A stretch of DNA of 64,000 nucleotides from an uncultured Gammaproteobacteria bacterium (lineage in GTDB: Bacteria > Patescibacteriota > Microgenomatia > Levybacterales > UBA12049), in NCBI GenBank assembly GCA_964416505.1, contig CAYQEJ010000001.1, positions 77,774-141,773 on the forward strand, given 5' to 3'. The translations under genes and the position numbers were made by a program. The notes under the pieces were generated by a model that did not search any database, was not told the DNA's origin, and saw only the letters and a program-made list of their open reading frames with translations. Every line of letters starts with the position of its first letter. The first letter of the stretch is position 1. Shown here one piece after another: positions 61,357-64,000 of this stretch.

Positions 61357-61938
61357 CTATTTGATGCTTACTAGTTCTATTTCAAAAGCTAAAGGTGTGT
61401 TTGGAGGAATTGGTCCCGCTCCTGTTGGCCCATACGCTAAATCAGAAGGGATAAGAAGTTTTCTTTTTCCACCAACCTTCATTCCGATCAATCCTTGATC
61501 CCAACCTTGAATAACTTCTCCAGCTCCTACACTAAAACTAAATGTTTGATTTCTATCATAAGAGCTATCAAATTTTCTTCCATCTAGAAATGTACCTGAA
61601 TAATTAACTTCAGCAGTGTCCCCCGCTTTTACAGCGTTTCCATTTCCTACTTTTATATCTTCAATTTTTAATTCTGTTACATTTTCCATTGTTTGTGCTC
61701 CTTGAATCTTGTTTCCCGCTCCTACCATTGTCACAGGACTAGGTGTAGGAGAAGATACAATCGTTTTGACCGCTGTATCTTGATTTGCTTCAGTCGCTGT
61801 ATTTGGATTTCCAAAGTTTGTTAAGCTTTCACTCTGACTTTCCTTTGTGCCACTTACAGTATTATTCTTAGCATAAACTATTACTCCACCAACTGCTAGA
61901 AAACTGATTAGTATAAATACTATCAGACGACTGTTCAT
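61357..61938 (-). CDS. FKBP-type peptidyl-prolyl isomerase, membrane-anchored
   Basis: Y.G...DG.KFDSS, VIQGWDQG..GMKVGGKR.L.IP..LAYG, IPPN..L.FEIEL. Confidence 0.94.
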   Translation of the reverse strand: MNSRLIVFILISFLAVGGVIVYAKNNTVSGTKESQSESLTNFGNPNTATEANQDTAVKTIVSSPTPSPVTMVGAGNKIQGAQTMENVTELKIEDIKVGNGNAVKAGDTAEVNYSGTFLDGRKFDSSYDRNQTFSFSVGAGEVIQGWDQGLIGMKVGGKRKLLIPSDLAYGPTGAGPIPPNTPLAFEIELVSIK

Positions 61939-61997
61939 AAAAAAAGATTATATCAAAAAATTTAGATCTTTACTTGGTGTGTTATAATAACTTTCCT

Positions 61998-62417
61998 ATG
62001 AAAAAACTTGCTCTAATTGTCATAGCAATACTTCTTACCCCTTCACTAGTATATGCCGAGAGCTCAGCAACTGTAAAAATAAACAATAATGTTAACTCTT
62101 CAAGTAATTCAAATACATCGGTAACAAGTAAAACAAATATTACAGTGGAAACAGACGGAGAAGTTACATCTTATTCTTCTGATAAACCTGGAAATATAGA
62201 AGTAAAATCAGTAAATGGGAAAAGTGAAATCAAAGTAAACGGAGAGGTTGTTAAAGGAGAGTCTACGACCTCTGAGACTGATATTTCTAAAATTCCTACA
62301 GCTACATCTAGCGTATCCCCATCTCCAACAATGGATCAGGAGGAAAAGGAAAAGGAAATTAAAAATGTTCTAGAAAAAATTGAAGATTTAGTTAAGAAGC
62401 TTTTCTCTTTCTTTTAA
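61998..62417 (+). CDS. Secreted Ser/Thr-rich hypothetical protein
   Basis: Signal peptide MKKLALIVIAILLTPSLVYA from ATG 61998; TGtTATAAT 9 nt upstream. Confidence 0.7.
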   Translation: MKKLALIVIAILLTPSLVYAESSATVKINNNVNSSSNSNTSVTSKTNITVETDGEVTSYSSDKPGNIEVKSVNGKSEIKVNGEVVKGESTTSETDISKIPTATSSVSPSPTMDQEEKEKEIKNVLEKIEDLVKKLFSFF

Positions 62418-64000
62418 ACTGTGATCTGAAAGTTAGATAATAAACTACCGGTATAAAGAAAAGCATTATAGTTCCAGAAAAAGTAAGACCTGCGATTATT
62501 GCTCCTCCAAGCCCTCTCCATAATGGATCAGATAACGTAATTGGCACGAGTCCTAAAATTGCAGTTAAGGACGTTAATGCTATTGGCTCAAGCCTACTTG
62601 CCGCCCCATCTGCGATACCTTCAATAAAGCTCATGCTTGTCTTCTCATTTGCCTGAATCTTATCAACTATAAGTATGGAGTTTTTTACAACAATTCCAAA
62701 AAGAGCTAATACTCCAATTAGCGCTGGAAATGAAAGATAAGTATTTGTAAGTGAAAATATTATAAATACTCCTGAAATAGATAAAGGAATTACTAGTAAA
62801 ACTATAAAAGCTTTTCTGAATGATGAGAACTGAAGCACCATAGTAACTAAGATTAATAGAAATGAAAGGATCATAGCAGTTAAAATAGAATTTACTGATT
62901 CTTGATTTTCTTCATTTACACCCCCTGTTTTCCATGAGTAACCATTTGGAAGATTTAAAGTTTTTGCATATTGTTCAAGATTTTTGTTCACGTCTTGAAT
63001 TGAGTAACTTCTTTTAACAGAAGCAGTAACTGAGATTGTCCTCTTACCTTCTTCGCGAGATACAAGAGTAGGGCTGGAAGATAATTCAAGCCTACCTAAC
63101 GAAGTTAAAGGAATTAACTGACCTGTATTTGGATTAACCAGCTGAATTTGATTTATGCTTTCAACAAATTCAACTGAATCTGAAAACCTTAAAGTAATAT
63201 CCTCTTCCTCATTTGAATCAGTTTCAAATTTCACTTTTGACAATTGAAAACCGCTTGCAAATGTTCTAAGAGAAAAACCTATTTGCTCTGAGCTAATGGA
63301 GTTTTCTGCTAATTTATTTTTGTCTGGAATAAATGTAATTTTACTCGTTCCGGGTTTTATAGATTTATCAACATTTGTAATTCCAGGTTGTGATTCTAAA
63401 TAACTTATTAAATCGTCAGCATATTTGTCTAAAGTCCCCAAATCAGGTCCTAATAGCTTTATTTGCACATCTGCTCCAGCTGGAGGACCACCACTTTCTT
63501 CATTTACAGATAATTTCCCTCGTGAATAATCTTTAAAATCATTTCTTATTTCTTCGGAAATTTCAAAAGAACTTTTCTTTTTATCTTCTTCAAAAACAAG
63601 TGTATATAAAAAGTTATTTGCCTCAGAACCTGCTGCGCTACCAAATTCATTTGTGGCCTGTCCCATATTTAACGATACGGTTTTAACCTCTTCAATTTTT
63701 TGTAACTTTGAAAAAATACTAAGCGCTTCTTTTCTTGATGTTTCCAAATTGGTTCCCGGTGGTAGCTCAACAGAAACGCTCAACTGATCAGCATCAGTTT
63801 TTGGAAAAAACTCATTCTTTACAAAACCAAGAGGAACTAATACATATGAAAAAATTGAAAATATTACTACCATTACTACAGTAAGCTTTAGACCTTTTTT
63901 TGAAGATAAAATTCCCTTAATTAAAGTCTGATATTTAAATGATAAATTTTCAAAACTTATTAATCCATGATCTAGTAAATCAGCATATCTTCTTGAAGGC
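62392..64000 (-). CDS. RND (AcrB-like) efflux transporter, C-terminal part; 5' end outside the window
   Basis: FFP..D, LPPG, GPD...L, IG..AL.GIVVKNSILIVD, RLEPI.LTSLT.ILG..P, W..LG.AII.GL. The frame is open to the window edge. Confidence 0.92.
   Translation of the reverse strand, partial: PSRRYADLLDHGLISFENLSFKYQTLIKGILSSKKGLKLTVVMVVIFSIFSYVLVPLGFVKNEFFPKTDADQLSVSVELPPGTNLETSRKEALSIFSKLQKIEEVKTVSLNMGQATNEFGSAAGSEANNFLYTLVFEEDKKKSSFEISEEIRNDFKDYSRGKLSVNEESGGPPAGADVQIKLLGPDLGTLDKYADDLISYLESQPGITNVDKSIKPGTSKITFIPDKNKLAENSISSEQIGFSLRTFASGFQLSKVKFETDSNEEEDITLRFSDSVEFVESINQIQLVNPNTGQLIPLTSLGRLELSSSPTLVSREEGKRTISVTASVKRSYSIQDVNKNLEQYAKTLNLPNGYSWKTGGVNEENQESVNSILTAMILSFLLILVTMVLQFSSFRKAFIVLLVIPLSISGVFIIFSLTNTYLSFPALIGVLALFGIVVKNSILIVDKIQANEKTSMSFIEGIADGAASRLEPIALTSLTAILGLVPITLSDPLWRGLGGAIIAGLTFSGTIMLFFIPVVYYLTFRSQFKRKRKAS

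Overview
AT-rich bacterial chromosome segment. Gene content and style suggest Patescibacteria/CPR, probably Microgenomates-like (inference): compact genes, -10 boxes right before start codons, short AtpH, MurT/GatD, IleRS2. 1-21.7 kb is housekeeping: tRNA-Gly, tRNA-Asp, polX, lemA-htpX, murT-gatD, gatC-phosphatase-gatA-gatB, a GGDEF gene, dnaE and the full atpBEFHAGDC operon. 21.7-26.4 kb is accessory: a divergent SelO/kinase-like ORFan, a glycoside hydrolase + GT4 pair, and tRNA-Thr. 27-53 kb is a large, very AT-rich surface-glycan locus with many GT-C membrane glycosyltransferases, two GT2/GT-C fusions, a flippase, a ligase, methyltransferases and a carbamoyltransferase, ending at tRNA-Val. 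53-64 kb is housekeeping and envelope genes: lepB, parB, rpmA, rplU, rodA, ileS, an acyltransferase, CAP, an L,D-transpeptidase, FKBP and a partial RND transporter. The most striking signal is a dispersed GC-rich palindrome, consensus (cctataacat)TAGCYTCGCAAGGCCWGGCCTTGCGARGCTA(gg), in five copies plus short relics. Two copies are translated in frame inside murT and gatA; the gatA copy has a 1-nt deletion that removes an otherwise in-frame TAG. One copy supplies a stop codon, and three bracket the accessory genes between atpC and tRNA-Thr. No tools were run; all family calls are from motif recognition.
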